A DNA stretch of 64,000 nucleotides from Patescibacteria group bacterium (GCA_038062115.1 JBBTXS010000004.1:69009-133008), one strand, 5' to 3'. Counted from the stretch's first letter, positions 28,697 to 38,007 are shown. Notes: a model not told the origin generated them from the letters alone. Numbers and translations: made by a program.

Positions 28697-29292
28697 ATTT
28701 CTCCTAAAACCATTATCCATGGAAAAGGAAATTTAACTGCTTTTATTTTTACACTATTTTTTTTAAGGAACTCTTTGAAGGAGAACAATGTCCAATGTTG
28801 GATATGTCCTGGATCATTTCCCCATCTTGAAAGATTTTTTCCTCTAAGTAAATTGCTAATCATAAAAAAAGGCTCATTTGGTACAGAAAAAATTACATAT
28901 TTTTTTGAGGTTCTTAAGACTTCTTTCAAAGCTTTAATTGGAGTATCTACATGTTCTAAAACCTCTGTGCAGACAACAAGATCAAATGAATTATCTTTAT
29001 ATGGAAGATTATAAACGCTTCCTACCCCTATTGATAGATTAGGAAAAAGTTTTTTTCCAAGAGAAATTGCATCTTTTGAATACTCTATGCCTTCAATTTT
29101 TTCCCCTATTCCGTTTTTCTTTAATCTGTCCATAGTGAAACCTTCACCGCATCCTGCATCAAGTATAGTTTTAGGATATAAAGGCTTAGCGAGGGAAATT
29201 AGAGATGAGTAAAAGTTGTTGATTAGAATTCGCTGTATAGGATTTTTGCTAGTGTGTTTTATAAAGTTTGTTGGAAGTTGAGTTTTTGTCAT
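28693..29292 (-). CDS. class I SAM-dependent methyltransferase
   Basis: ILDAGCGEGF motif I, FDLVVCTEVLEHV, SKKYVIFSVP. Confidence 0.8.
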   Translation of the reverse strand: MTKTQLPTNFIKHTSKNPIQRILINNFYSSLISLAKPLYPKTILDAGCGEGFTMDRLKKNGIGEKIEGIEYSKDAISLGKKLFPNLSIGVGSVYNLPYKDNSFDLVVCTEVLEHVDTPIKALKEVLRTSKKYVIFSVPNEPFFMISNLLRGKNLSRWGNDPGHIQHWTLFSFKEFLKKNSVKIKAVKFPFPWIMVLGEI

Positions 29293-29361
29293 CTATAAGC
29301 TATGATTTGAATGTCACAAAAGTTAATTATATAGAGGATTAAGATTAAAGTAAAGTGTGCT

Positions 29362-29574
29362 ATGAAAATACAAGACTTTATATTCTTAATTGTTTTCTTG
29401 TTTTTAGTTATCCATAAGAATCCAAAAATGATGGTTTGGGGAGGAATCACCTGTCTTGTTTTATCTATTCCACTTTTTTCTTTTTGGATTTTTTTTACTG
29501 CAGAGCGCCTCACATGGTACGCCGCAGCATTTTTTTTATTGGCAATTATTTTTTATTTATTAAAAACTAAATGA
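29362..29574 (+). CDS. small membrane protein (2 TM), hypothetical
   Basis: 70-aa ORF consisting of two hydrophobic helices. No motif. Confidence 0.3.
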   Translation: MKIQDFIFLIVFLFLVIHKNPKMMVWGGITCLVLSIPLFSFWIFFTAERLTWYAAAFFLLAIIFYLLKTK

Positions 29575-29602
29575 ACGATAAACAAAAGCTCAATATGATA
29601 AA

Positions 29603-30148
29603 ATGAGAAAGAGAATCAATAATTCAGAAACAATTATGAAAGGGAAAGGTCATTCCTTATGGCTAATGCCAACAGGCGAGGCATATGACAAGCTCTCAGG
29701 TCTTATTAAAAGACTTGTAGAAGAATATAATGCTCCATTCTTTGAGCCTCATGTAACCTTACTTGGTGAAGCTATGCAGTCAGAGGAGGATGTGTTAAAA
29801 AAAGCAGAACAGCTTGCTTCAGGACAAAAACCATTTCCAATTGTTCTCAACACGGTTGATTATCAAGATTTCTATTTCAGAGCACTTTTTGTAAGAGCAG
29901 AGAGAACAGATCCATTGCAAGCTTTGAATGATCGCGCTAAAGAGGTATTCGAGATGCAAGACATTCCTGATTATATGCCTCACTTAAGCCTTATGTACGG
30001 AAATTTCCCTCAAGCAGTTAAGGAATGTATTATAAAAGCTATTGGAAGGGACCAAGCCACAGAATTTACTGTTAATAGTTTGCATATATTCAAAACAGAT
30101 GGAGAGGTCAATGCCTGGTATAAAGTAAAAGAGTTTCCGCTTTCCTAA
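29603..30148 (+). CDS. 2H phosphoesterase superfamily protein (cyclic phosphodiesterase / LigT-like)
   Basis: Two H-x-T/S-x motifs spaced as in 2H enzymes: PHVTLLG and PHLSLMYG. Confidence 0.6.
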   Translation: MRKRINNSETIMKGKGHSLWLMPTGEAYDKLSGLIKRLVEEYNAPFFEPHVTLLGEAMQSEEDVLKKAEQLASGQKPFPIVLNTVDYQDFYFRALFVRAERTDPLQALNDRAKEVFEMQDIPDYMPHLSLMYGNFPQAVKECIIKAIGRDQATEFTVNSLHIFKTDGEVNAWYKVKEFPLS

Positions 30149-30360
30149 AATGCCGCATCTTAGCTTTTGTATTTGATCTGTGGAAGATAACCAAAATTTA
30201 ATACAATTGAGGGATGAAGATTGGTATAAATATATCTTAAAGTAATTTTGTTGTGGCAATTTATTTTACTCCATCACTATCTAGTGCTGGAGTATTGTAG
30301 GGATGCTTGTAGAATCTGGACTCAAGCTATACAATTGCTATAAATAAAATATGTATCAAT

Positions 30361-30909
30361 ATGAAAATAGGAATTGATATAAGTCAGCTTGCGTATGAGG
30401 GAACAGGGGTTTCCTCATTTGTTGCAAGATTGGTTGAGGATTTGTTGAAGATTGATAGTAAAAATGAATATATTTTGTTTTTTTCGTCCCTGCGGAAACA
30501 ATTTCTAATTTCTAATTTCAAATTTCTAAATAAATCCCAAATCCAAAACCCCAATTTAAAAATTAAGGAGTTTAGGTTTCCGCCGACCCTGCTTGATATT
30601 TTATGGAACAGACTTCATATTCTACCGATTGAGTGGTTGATTGGGGATGTTGATATTTTTATTACTTCCGATTGGACAGAGCCGCCGACAAGAAGCGCTA
30701 AGAAGGCGACGATTTTGTACGATTTAATTGTTTACAAATACCCAAACGAAACAGATAGAAAAATTGTTGAGACGCAAAAGAGAAAGCTTAAGTGGGTAAA
30801 AAAAGAAACAGATATTATATTTTGCATCTCAGAGGCAACAAAAAAAGATGCTATAGAAATATTAGGGATTGAAGAGAGTCGTTTAAAAGTTATTTATCCA
30901 GGAATTTAA
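30361..30909 (+). pseudogene. GT4 glycosyltransferase, N-terminal domain only (C-terminal catalytic half missing)
   Basis: MKIGIDISQLAYEGTGVSSF...VIYPGI then a stop. The full-length paralogs at 38270, 47727 and 59477 continue for about 200 aa after the equivalent (Y/S)(P/E/G)G(I/V) position. Its stop codon interlocks with the convergent enolase stop on TTAA. Confidence 0.6.
30500..30564. repeat. composite repeat: AATTTCT/AATTTCA heptamers + AAATAAATCCCAAATCC tail; in-frame
   Basis: Read directly. Translates as QFLISNFKFLNKSQIQNPNLKI. The 14-mer AAATAAATCCCAAA is shared with 48289-48302. Confidence 0.8.
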
Positions 30910-32171
30910 CTCATTTGGTCTAATTCTCTTTTGATCTTAAGTAAGCGATTATATTTTATTACTCTTTCCCTTGCAGGAGCCCCGAATTTCACAAAATCCG
31001 CACCAACACCAATTGCAAAATCTGCAATAAATTCATCCATAGATTCTCCGCTTCTGTGGGACACAATAATTTTTAGATTATTCAAATGCGATGTATTGAC
31101 AACATCCAAAGCCTCGCTAATTGTTCCTATTTGGTTTGGTTTTATTATTATGCTATTTATAACGTTTTTGCTTATTGCTTGTTTTAGTCTTTCTGGGTTT
31201 GTGACAGTTAGGTCATCTCCAACAATAAGCGAATTCTGAGATAATTTTTCAAAACCTTTTTGCCAAGAGCTCCAATCATCTTCCGAAAAAGCGTCTTCTA
31301 AGTAAACAATATTAAAGTCCAATATCAGTTTTTGATATAACTTAGTAAGCTCTTCTGGATTGTAAGGCGTCGCCTTGTCTTTTAGAAGATATTGTTTTTC
31401 TTTATAGAAAGACGTAGAGGCTGCATCTATTCCCAAAGAAACATCCAAAGATAACTTGTAGCCTGATTTATTAATTACATCTTTCATTAATCGTAATGCT
31501 TTCATGTTGTTAGAAAAATTGGGAGAAAAGCCTCCTTCAATGGAGGTAAGTGTTGATAAACCTAATTCCAAAAGCTTGTTTTCTAACAAGTGATAAATAT
31601 TAACGCCTATTTCAATTTTTTCTTCAAAAGTTTTTGACGAAGAGGGTATAAGAAGGATTTCCTGGAAATCTATAGAATTATCTGCATGTTTTCCTCCAGC
31701 CAGCATTACAAATAAAGGAGTTGGATTTTTGTTAACGGTTTTATTGTTAGAAGCTAATTTATTAATATAAAGATATAACGGGAGAGATGAATTTTTTGCA
31801 CCTGCTTTGGCTACTGCTTGGGAAACAGAAAGTATTGCATTAGCCCCGAGTTTGCTTTTGTCTTTTGTGCCATCAATCTCTATCATTAAATTATCTATTT
31901 TTTGCTGATCGCCAACATAAACACCTAAAAGCTTTGGAGATATTATTTTGTTTACATTTTCAACAGCCTTAAGTGTGCCATAACCCCCATAACGTTTACT
32001 TTCAGTATCTCTTATTTCGTGCGCTTCGTATTTTCCTTTTGAGGTGCCAGATGGAGAGGAAGAGGAGGCAATAATATCATTTGAAAGAATCACAGTTGTT
32101 TCTACCCCACCATAACCTTTTGAATTTAATACTTCTTCAGCGAAAATTTTTTTTATCGTAGCCATAATCAC
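30906..32171 (-). CDS. eno: enolase (phosphopyruvate hydratase)
   Basis: IKKIFAEEVLNSKGYGGVETTV, SGTSKGKYEAHEIRD, SHRSGESMDEFIADFAIG, KFGAPARERVIKYNRLL. The start is either GTG 32171 (GTGA overlap) or ATG 32165. Confidence 0.9.
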   Translation of the reverse strand: MIMATIKKIFAEEVLNSKGYGGVETTVILSNDIIASSSSPSGTSKGKYEAHEIRDTESKRYGGYGTLKAVENVNKIISPKLLGVYVGDQQKIDNLMIEIDGTKDKSKLGANAILSVSQAVAKAGAKNSSLPLYLYINKLASNNKTVNKNPTPLFVMLAGGKHADNSIDFQEILLIPSSSKTFEEKIEIGVNIYHLLENKLLELGLSTLTSIEGGFSPNFSNNMKALRLMKDVINKSGYKLSLDVSLGIDAASTSFYKEKQYLLKDKATPYNPEELTKLYQKLILDFNIVYLEDAFSEDDWSSWQKGFEKLSQNSLIVGDDLTVTNPERLKQAISKNVINSIIIKPNQIGTISEALDVVNTSHLNNLKIIVSHRSGESMDEFIADFAIGVGADFVKFGAPARERVIKYNRLLKIKRELDQMS

Positions 32172-34438
32172 CTCTTGCCCTGTTCGATATTATATATAAC
32201 CCTTCGGGTTTTATTGATCACATCCGGAGCAACAGATACACTATCAATACCCCAGCGTATCAGGTTTTTGACAAGCTCAGGATAATTTGACGGAGCTTGC
32301 CCGCATATAGAGCAAAGTATTTTATATTTGCTGCATGTTTTTACTATTTTCTCAATCGCTATTTGGACTGCTTTGTTCATTTCATTAAAAGACTCTGTTA
32401 GTTTGCTATTGTCTCTATCAACACCCAAAACCAGCATGGTTAAATCATTTGACCCAATAGACACGCCATCAATTCCTACTTTTATAAAATCTTCCAAGAT
32501 TATAAAATTCGATGGGATTTCTGCCATCATATACAATAATAAATCTTTGCCCCTTTTAAGCCCAGATGCGGCAATAATTTTTTTGACCTCAATGAGCTCA
32601 TCAACTGTTCTTACAAAGGGGAGCATGATGTTTAGATTGGTAAGTTTTTTTACGTTTCTAACGTACTTTATGGCCTCAAGCTCCAGCATGAATACATCTT
32701 TGTCATGAATATATCTTGATACGCCACGGTATCCAAGCATTGGATTTTCTTCTTGCTCTTCATATTTTTCTCCACCAATAAGACCCCTATATTCATTTGT
32801 TTTAAAATCAGTTGTCCTAAAGATTACTGGCCTTGGATAAAAAGCTCCACAAATAGTTGCTAGATCCTTTGCCAAACTATCAGTAAAAACTTTTCCCTTA
32901 CCCTCACTTATTAATTTTTTTGGATGAATTCCAATTCTTGCTACCATAAATTCTGCTCGAAGGAGTCCAATGCCATCAACATTGCCTTTTGCAACCTCAA
33001 CTGCTCTTTGGGGTTCTGCAATATTTACAAAAACTTTTGTTTTGGTTTTAAGTTTGGCTGCTTCTGTATCTTCTTTTTTCTCGCTTTTTATAGATATAGC
33101 GCCTTCATAAACTTTTCCTGTATCACCAACTACTGTAATCTTCATTCCGTCTTTTAATATAGATAAAGCATTTTGGGCACCAACTATTGCTGGAATTCCA
33201 AATTCTCTAGAAACAATTGCGGCATGGGATGTTCTTCCTCCTCTTTCTGTAACAATTGCGGATGATTTTTTCATAATAGGAACATAATCAGGATTTGTAT
33301 AAGGAGCAACAAGAATATCATGAAGCTTAACTTTATCAGCGTCTTTTATGCTTTTGACTATTTTAACCTTTCCTATTGCAACACCTGGACTTGCAGGATC
33401 GCCTGTCAGAATTGGTTCTGGAAGTTTTGATGTTGAGAGTGAAATATTGTTTTTTTGATTGTTAATTGTTAACTGTTTATTGTTAATTGTTGTCACAGGT
33501 CTTGTCTGGACGATATAGAGAGTTTTTCCTTCCTTCGCCCATTCAATATCTTGAGGATAATTGTAATGCTTTTCAATAAGTTTTCCTAAACTTGCAAGTA
33601 AAACTATATCTCCATCTTCTAGTTTTTGACGTGAACCTTTACGGCTAGTTAATCTTATATCTTTATTTTCTCCATTTTGAAGCCTTAACATATTTTTTTG
33701 CGGTTCTACTTTTTTTGCCACAATTTTTAAAGAATCCTTGTTTACTTCGTAGTGATCTGGTGTTACTTTTCCTCCAACTATATATTCGCCTAGCCCGTAA
33801 ATTGCTTCGATTGCTATAGTCTTCCTATCATGCGTTACTGGATCTATTGTAAACATTACGCCAGAAGATTTTGAATCAACCATTTTTTGGACAACTAAAG
33901 ATATAGCAACTTTATTATCGTTAAGTTTATTTTCGTGTCTGTAAAACATAGCCCGTGCCGTAAAAAGCGATGCCCAGCCACCCAAAATTGCTTTGGTTAA
34001 GTTTTGGTTGCCTGAAACGTTAAGAAATGTCGCTTGCTGGCCTGCAAACGATGCGGTTTTTGAATCCTCGGATGTTGCAGAAGATCTTACTGCCACATGC
34101 GCATTTTCTCCTAGTTTTTTATAATGCTGCAAAACTGCATCAAGTATTTTAGGACTAATTGTTCCTCTTACAATAACATCTTTAATTTTTTTTGAAGAGT
34201 TGCTTAAGGAGTTTGGATCTTTATAATCTGTAGATTTCATTATTTTTTGTATTTTTTGCTTGAGATTATTTTCTTTTATGAACGTTTGATAGGCAGTTGA
34301 TGTTATAACAAAGCCATTGGGGATTGGAAAATTTGCTCTTAGCATTTCGCCAAGATTAGCAGCTTTTCCTCCGACATATGGAGCGAGCCTTTTGTCTATT
34401 TTGGACAGCCACAAAACAAAATCTTTTTGAGCGTTCAT
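32168..34438 (-). CDS. ppsA: phosphoenolpyruvate synthase (pyruvate, water dikinase)
   Basis: 756 aa. N-terminal PEP/pyruvate-binding domain (VGGKAANLGEM), swivel domain GGRTSHAAIVSREFGIPAIVG, C-terminal TIM barrel (GIGLLRAEFM, SIGSNDLT). A repeat-derived insert sits in the linker. Confidence 0.85.
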   Translation of the reverse strand: MNAQKDFVLWLSKIDKRLAPYVGGKAANLGEMLRANFPIPNGFVITSTAYQTFIKENNLKQKIQKIMKSTDYKDPNSLSNSSKKIKDVIVRGTISPKILDAVLQHYKKLGENAHVAVRSSATSEDSKTASFAGQQATFLNVSGNQNLTKAILGGWASLFTARAMFYRHENKLNDNKVAISLVVQKMVDSKSSGVMFTIDPVTHDRKTIAIEAIYGLGEYIVGGKVTPDHYEVNKDSLKIVAKKVEPQKNMLRLQNGENKDIRLTSRKGSRQKLEDGDIVLLASLGKLIEKHYNYPQDIEWAKEGKTLYIVQTRPVTTINNKQLTINNQKNNISLSTSKLPEPILTGDPASPGVAIGKVKIVKSIKDADKVKLHDILVAPYTNPDYVPIMKKSSAIVTERGGRTSHAAIVSREFGIPAIVGAQNALSILKDGMKITVVGDTGKVYEGAISIKSEKKEDTEAAKLKTKTKVFVNIAEPQRAVEVAKGNVDGIGLLRAEFMVARIGIHPKKLISEGKGKVFTDSLAKDLATICGAFYPRPVIFRTTDFKTNEYRGLIGGEKYEEQEENPMLGYRGVSRYIHDKDVFMLELEAIKYVRNVKKLTNLNIMLPFVRTVDELIEVKKIIAASGLKRGKDLLLYMMAEIPSNFIILEDFIKVGIDGVSIGSNDLTMLVLGVDRDNSKLTESFNEMNKAVQIAIEKIVKTCSKYKILCSICGQAPSNYPELVKNLIRWGIDSVSVAPDVINKTRRVIYNIEQGKR
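33445..33491. repeat. 7-nt array (coding-strand AACAATT family, about 6 units), in-frame in the ppsA interdomain linker
   Basis: The plus strand reads TATTGTT..GATTGTT AATTGTT AACTGTT TATTGTT AATTGTT. Translates on the minus strand as TINNKQLTINNQKNN. Confidence 0.8.
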
Positions 34439-34596
34439 ATAGTATAGATTGATATAGTTTGAATAAGTCGAATTGTAGTGTATTTAACCATTAAATGCAA
34501 TGGCCAAAAACCTCTGCTTTATCAAATGCAGGCAATTTCATACCACTATAGCTTGCAGGATAATAGACTAGTTTGTCAATACAATTTTGTTTTTTT

Positions 34597-34605
34597 TGAT
34601 ATAAT
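34597..34605 (+). promoter_or_regulatory. extended -10 promoter element TGaTATAAT for the toxin-antitoxin operon
   Basis: TG at 34597-34598 and TATAAT at 34600-34605. The ATG at 34614 is 8 nt downstream with no SD, which suggests a leaderless transcript. Confidence 0.35.
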
Positions 34606-34613
34606 TTTGATTA

Positions 34614-34961
34614 ATGGAAGAGATTATCTGGAATATTGAAACTTATGAAAGTGGAAGTGGAGAAAAAATAGTTGATGAGTTCATTAAAAAACAGCAATCT
34701 CAAGCAAAAGCCAAAATCGTTCACACAGTCAAACTTCTAAGGCTTCACGGGAATAAATTAGGATTACCCCATTCAAAAGCATTAGGATCTAAGCTTTATG
34801 AACTTCGGATAAGAGGCAAAGAAGAACTTCGCATCATTTATTGTTTTTCAAAGCAAAGGACTATTTATCTTCTGCACGGTTTTAAAAAACAAACACAACA
34901 AATACCACAAAAAGAGTTAGCGATAGCTTTAAAACGCATGAAGACCTTGACAACGATATAA
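34614..34961 (+). CDS. type II toxin, RelE/HigB superfamily (Gp49/DUF891-like)
   Basis: LPHSKALGSKLYELRIRGKEELRIIYCFSKQRTIYLLHGFKKQTQQIPQKEL is the canonical Gp49/HigB-like core. The toxin-first gene order is typical of HigBA. Confidence 0.75.
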   Translation: MEEIIWNIETYESGSGEKIVDEFIKKQQSQAKAKIVHTVKLLRLHGNKLGLPHSKALGSKLYELRIRGKEELRIIYCFSKQRTIYLLHGFKKQTQQIPQKELAIALKRMKTLTTI

Positions 34962-34983
34962 CATTTATGTTATTATTTTTGCT

Positions 34984-35259
34984 ATGAGTAAATGGAAAGA
35001 TTTAGAAAAAGAATTGTTATCTGATCCTAAAGTTAAAAAGGAATATGACCGTTTAGCTCCCCGCTATGCAGTTATTTCTCAGCTTATATCTGCTAGATTA
35101 AAGAAACGTATGACGCAAAGAGATATTGCGGAAAAGTTGGGAACCAAACAGTCTGCAATTGCTCGTCTTGAATCAGGCAATGTAAACCCTTCGTTGGAGT
35201 TTTTGCAAAAAATAGCTCAAGTGATGGGATATAAACTCAGCATCCACCTATCAAAGTAA
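34984..35259 (+). CDS. XRE-family HTH antitoxin (HigA-like)
   Basis: MTQRDIAEKLGTKQSAIARLESGNVNPSLEFLQKIA helix-turn-helix. Lies directly downstream of the toxin. Confidence 0.75.
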   Translation: MSKWKDLEKELLSDPKVKKEYDRLAPRYAVISQLISARLKKRMTQRDIAEKLGTKQSAIARLESGNVNPSLEFLQKIAQVMGYKLSIHLSK

Positions 35260-35327
35260 CCATCGACGCTTTTTAGTCACGAATAAAGATACTTCTTTTC
35301 TATTAGTAACATATCGGAAGAGAAAAA

Positions 35328-35336
35328 TGCTATAAT
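35328..35336 (+). promoter_or_regulatory. extended -10 element TGcTATAAT
   Basis: TG at 35328-35329 and TATAAT at 35331-35336, 19 nt upstream of GTG 35356. Confidence 0.3.
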
Positions 35337-35355
35337 TCCTACACTGCCTATTGAC

Positions 35356-35991
35356 GTGAAAAATAGGTTTGAAGTTTTATTAATTTTATCTTTATTGCTT
35401 TATTTACTTATCGGTCCCCTTAATGTTTCTTATTATAATCTTAACGCCAATAATATTACTGCCTTTGGTACTCTTTCCGCTGTTGTAGTTGCTTTATTTG
35501 GCGACTGGATTAGAAGCAAACTTTTTCCTTCTAAAGTACGTTTGTTAGAAAAATGGCAAAATACTCAAAACAATCAAGGACACACAAGACTTTTGTTTAG
35601 AAATATTGGAAGTACTACCGCTTACGAAGTAGAAATCTATGTAAATAAAATTATTGATAATGGTCGGATGCGACAGGGCTTCTTACCTGTTCCCTTAATT
35701 TGGACTCATACAGTTGGTACAGAAACAAAACGCGATATTCATCCTAAACAGTTTGGTTATTATTTAGATATCTGCAGGATTGATGATATAACTAATTTTA
35801 GTATTGAACCAAAACTTCCTTTAATCTTTGGCGCAGGGGTTGCAAGATATGAAAACATTTATCACGGAAAAACCACACTAAAACTTCTTGTATCTCAAAA
35901 GTTTGGAGAACTAATCAACTATGATGTAGATTTAGAATGGATTAGAGGTAAAGATCAATTTGTACGTGTTTTAGATTTTAGGAAGAAATAG
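35356..35991 (+). CDS. hypothetical membrane-anchored protein (2 N-terminal TM helices + beta-rich domain)
   Basis: 211 aa with GTG start. No recognisable motif. Sits between two TA pairs. Confidence 0.4.
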   Translation: MKNRFEVLLILSLLLYLLIGPLNVSYYNLNANNITAFGTLSAVVVALFGDWIRSKLFPSKVRLLEKWQNTQNNQGHTRLLFRNIGSTTAYEVEIYVNKIIDNGRMRQGFLPVPLIWTHTVGTETKRDIHPKQFGYYLDICRIDDITNFSIEPKLPLIFGAGVARYENIYHGKTTLKLLVSQKFGELINYDVDLEWIRGKDQFVRVLDFRKK

Positions 35992-36058
35992 GATTATCAA
36001 ATTAATTTTTTGGGGAATATTAGCTAGCTGGGGTTGTGCTTAAAACTACTTTATCTCG

Positions 36059-36391
36059 CTAGTAAATTTGTAAACAACCTAAGATTATATCTTTTTCAAA
36101 CAATAAGATGTCCTGACTGTGTTTTTCCATCAGACGTTTGATGTTTTTTGTTGAAGTATTCCCTGTACGCAGCCAAATTACTTTGGGTGGGTATCCGTAC
36201 ACAAGGCTTCTTTCGTTAAAATCAGAGTCTTGAGTTACAATGGTAAAACCATTGTCGCGAGCATAACTCCAAACTTCTTCATCAGAAGCTTTGTGTAAAC
36301 CAAGAAGGTAAACGTGGTTTGATCCCGGAAATACATCTTCAAGTTCTTTAACCAGTTTGCGAGAGATGTTTTGATCCAAGAGTAATTTCAT
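36059..36391 (-). CDS. DUF5615-family PIN-like putative toxin
   Basis: MKLLLDQNISRKL...VTQDSDF is the typical DUF5615 pattern. Paired with an upstream DUF433 gene. Confidence 0.6.
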   Translation of the reverse strand: MKLLLDQNISRKLVKELEDVFPGSNHVYLLGLHKASDEEVWSYARDNGFTIVTQDSDFNERSLVYGYPPKVIWLRTGNTSTKNIKRLMEKHSQDILLFEKDIILGCLQIY

Positions 36392-36611
36392 GGCTTGCCG
36401 TAGTTAAGGAGTGTTCTCTTTCTGAAGCATAAGACAAAACTGCCTTAATATCTTTTTTGGTTAACTCAGGAAAATCATTTAAGATTTCTTTTTCGTTCAT
36501 TCCTGAAGCAAGCATCTTTAAAACATCATATACTGTTATACGCATGCCTCGAATGGTGGGTTGGCCGCCGCGTTTACCTGATTCAATGGTAATAATACCT
36601 TTATAATTCAT
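36348..36611 (-). CDS. DUF433-family putative antitoxin
   Basis: GKRGGQPTIRGMRITVYDVLKMLASGMNEKEILNDFPELTKKDIKAVLSYA is the canonical DUF433 core. It overlaps the DUF5615 gene by 44 nt. Confidence 0.65.
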   Translation of the reverse strand: MNYKGIITIESGKRGGQPTIRGMRITVYDVLKMLASGMNEKEILNDFPELTKKDIKAVLSYASEREHSLTTASHEITLGSKHLSQTG

Positions 36612-36660
36612 ACTTTCATTTTACTAAAAAGAAAAAAATAAAGCAATACACTTCGACTCT

Positions 36661-36799
36661 GACATTACCCCACTTTGTAGCTGTCATTGCGAGGAGACCC
36701 GCAAAGCGGGGCGACGTGGCAATCCCATTGTGAAAAAAGAGATTGCTTCGCTTCGCTCGCAATGACATGAGTAATTTGAAGCAAAACTGGGGTAGTGTC
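36661..36799. repeat. nested palindromic element: outer inverted repeat GACATTACCCCA / TGGGGTAGTGTC enclosing a GTCATTGCGAGG...CTCGCAATGAC unit (36683-36766)
   Basis: Read directly. The inner arms also contain the CCCGCaaaGCGGG hairpin. The track ORFs 36616..36861 and 36665..36973 are translations of this repeat. Confidence 0.8.
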
Positions 36800-36813
36800 A
36801 GCCCAGAAGGGTA

Positions 36814-36842
36814 TTGACATGGGGTTGTATTTATAATATAAG
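36814..36842 (+). promoter_or_regulatory. sigma70-type promoter for fbp, probably leaderless
   Basis: TTGACA (36814-36819), 17-nt spacer, TATAAG (36837-36842). The ATG at 36849 is 6 nt downstream with no SD. Confidence 0.45.
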
Positions 36843-36848
36843 TTGTAC

Positions 36849-37997
36849 ATGAAGGTAACACTATCCGTTCTTAAAGCTGATGTTGGTTCTATTGGCGGCC
36901 ACACAAAACCATCAATAAGGATGATAGATGTAGTAAAAAAAGAAGTTAAGGAGGCCATAAGGAAATCCCTCATTATTGATGCATTTGTATCTTATACAGG
37001 CGACGATATAGCCATTTTATGTTCCCATAAACGTGGTGTAAATAGTCCAGATATCCACATGTTTGCTTGGAATGCCTTTCTAAAGGCAACAGAGGTAGCT
37101 CGTAAATATGGTCTATATGCGGCAGGTCAAGACCTTTTGGTAGATGCCCCTTCGGGTAATATTAGGGGCGCAGGTCCTGGAGTAGCTGAGTTAGAATTTG
37201 ATCATAATCCAGTTAAAGGTAGCATAAGGCCAGCAGAGTCTTTCATGGTTTTAGCTTGTGACAAGTGTAGTGCTGGAGCTTTTAATCTACCTCTTTTCTT
37301 AGGCTTTGCTGATCCCATGTATTGCGCTGGGTTAATGTTACCAGCAATGATTCAGGGCTTTAGTTTCCGCGTCATAGATATGAGCGAGACTCAAGGCGAT
37401 AGCATATTAAAGTTAAATTCTCCAGAAGATTATTACAAGATTGCAGTCTTACTTCGCGATAATGAGCGCTTTGGTGTCGAAGCCATATTCTCTCGCAAAT
37501 TTGGAACCCAAGCCGTAGCAGCTTCCGCAACTAGACTTCATAATATAGCTGGAGTGTATACGGGTAAGGATGATCCAGTGACAATAATTAGAAATCAGGG
37601 CATCTTTCCAGCGCCCGAAGAACTTATCTCGCCTTTTTCTAAAGCCCATTATGTGGGTGGCGATGCCCGGGGGTCTCATGTAATGCCTCTTATGCCAATG
37701 CCCATAAATACCCCAGTAACAGGTATGTATTGTTTACCCTTGGTTTCTTGTGTTGGTTTCTCTATGGACAAAATGGGCAAATTTTCTGATTCTTATATTG
37801 ATTTCTTTGATAATCCCTCGTGGGATGAAATACGTCGCAAAGCACAGCAGAAAGCCTACCTAATTAGAGAACAGGGTTGGTCTGGTGCAGCCATGCTTCC
37901 ATATTCAGAACTTGAGTATAGTGGATTTAGAGAGACTATAACAGATCTTGTTAACAGGTTTTCTTTAAAGAGCGCTCGGTCTCACAAGAAAAAATAA
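36849..37997 (+). CDS. fbp: bifunctional fructose-1,6-bisphosphate aldolase/phosphatase (class V FBPase)
   Basis: MKVTLSVLKADVGSIGGHTKPS N-terminus plus length and collinearity with the archaeal/deep-branching bacterial FBP A/P family. The track ORF starts at TTG 36843; ATG 36849 is preferred. Confidence 0.85.
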   Translation: MKVTLSVLKADVGSIGGHTKPSIRMIDVVKKEVKEAIRKSLIIDAFVSYTGDDIAILCSHKRGVNSPDIHMFAWNAFLKATEVARKYGLYAAGQDLLVDAPSGNIRGAGPGVAELEFDHNPVKGSIRPAESFMVLACDKCSAGAFNLPLFLGFADPMYCAGLMLPAMIQGFSFRVIDMSETQGDSILKLNSPEDYYKIAVLLRDNERFGVEAIFSRKFGTQAVAASATRLHNIAGVYTGKDDPVTIIRNQGIFPAPEELISPFSKAHYVGGDARGSHVMPLMPMPINTPVTGMYCLPLVSCVGFSMDKMGKFSDSYIDFFDNPSWDEIRRKAQQKAYLIREQGWSGAAMLPYSELEYSGFRETITDLVNRFSLKSARSHKKK

Positions 37998-38007
37998 AAT
38001 AAAACAT

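Noticed and set aside
36616-36973. Track ORFs 36616..36861 (-) and 36665..36973 (-)
   Set aside because: Both are read-throughs of the nested palindromic repeat (peptides such as SLRAKRSNL and VIASEAKQS). They also overlap the fbp promoter and start. They are not genes.
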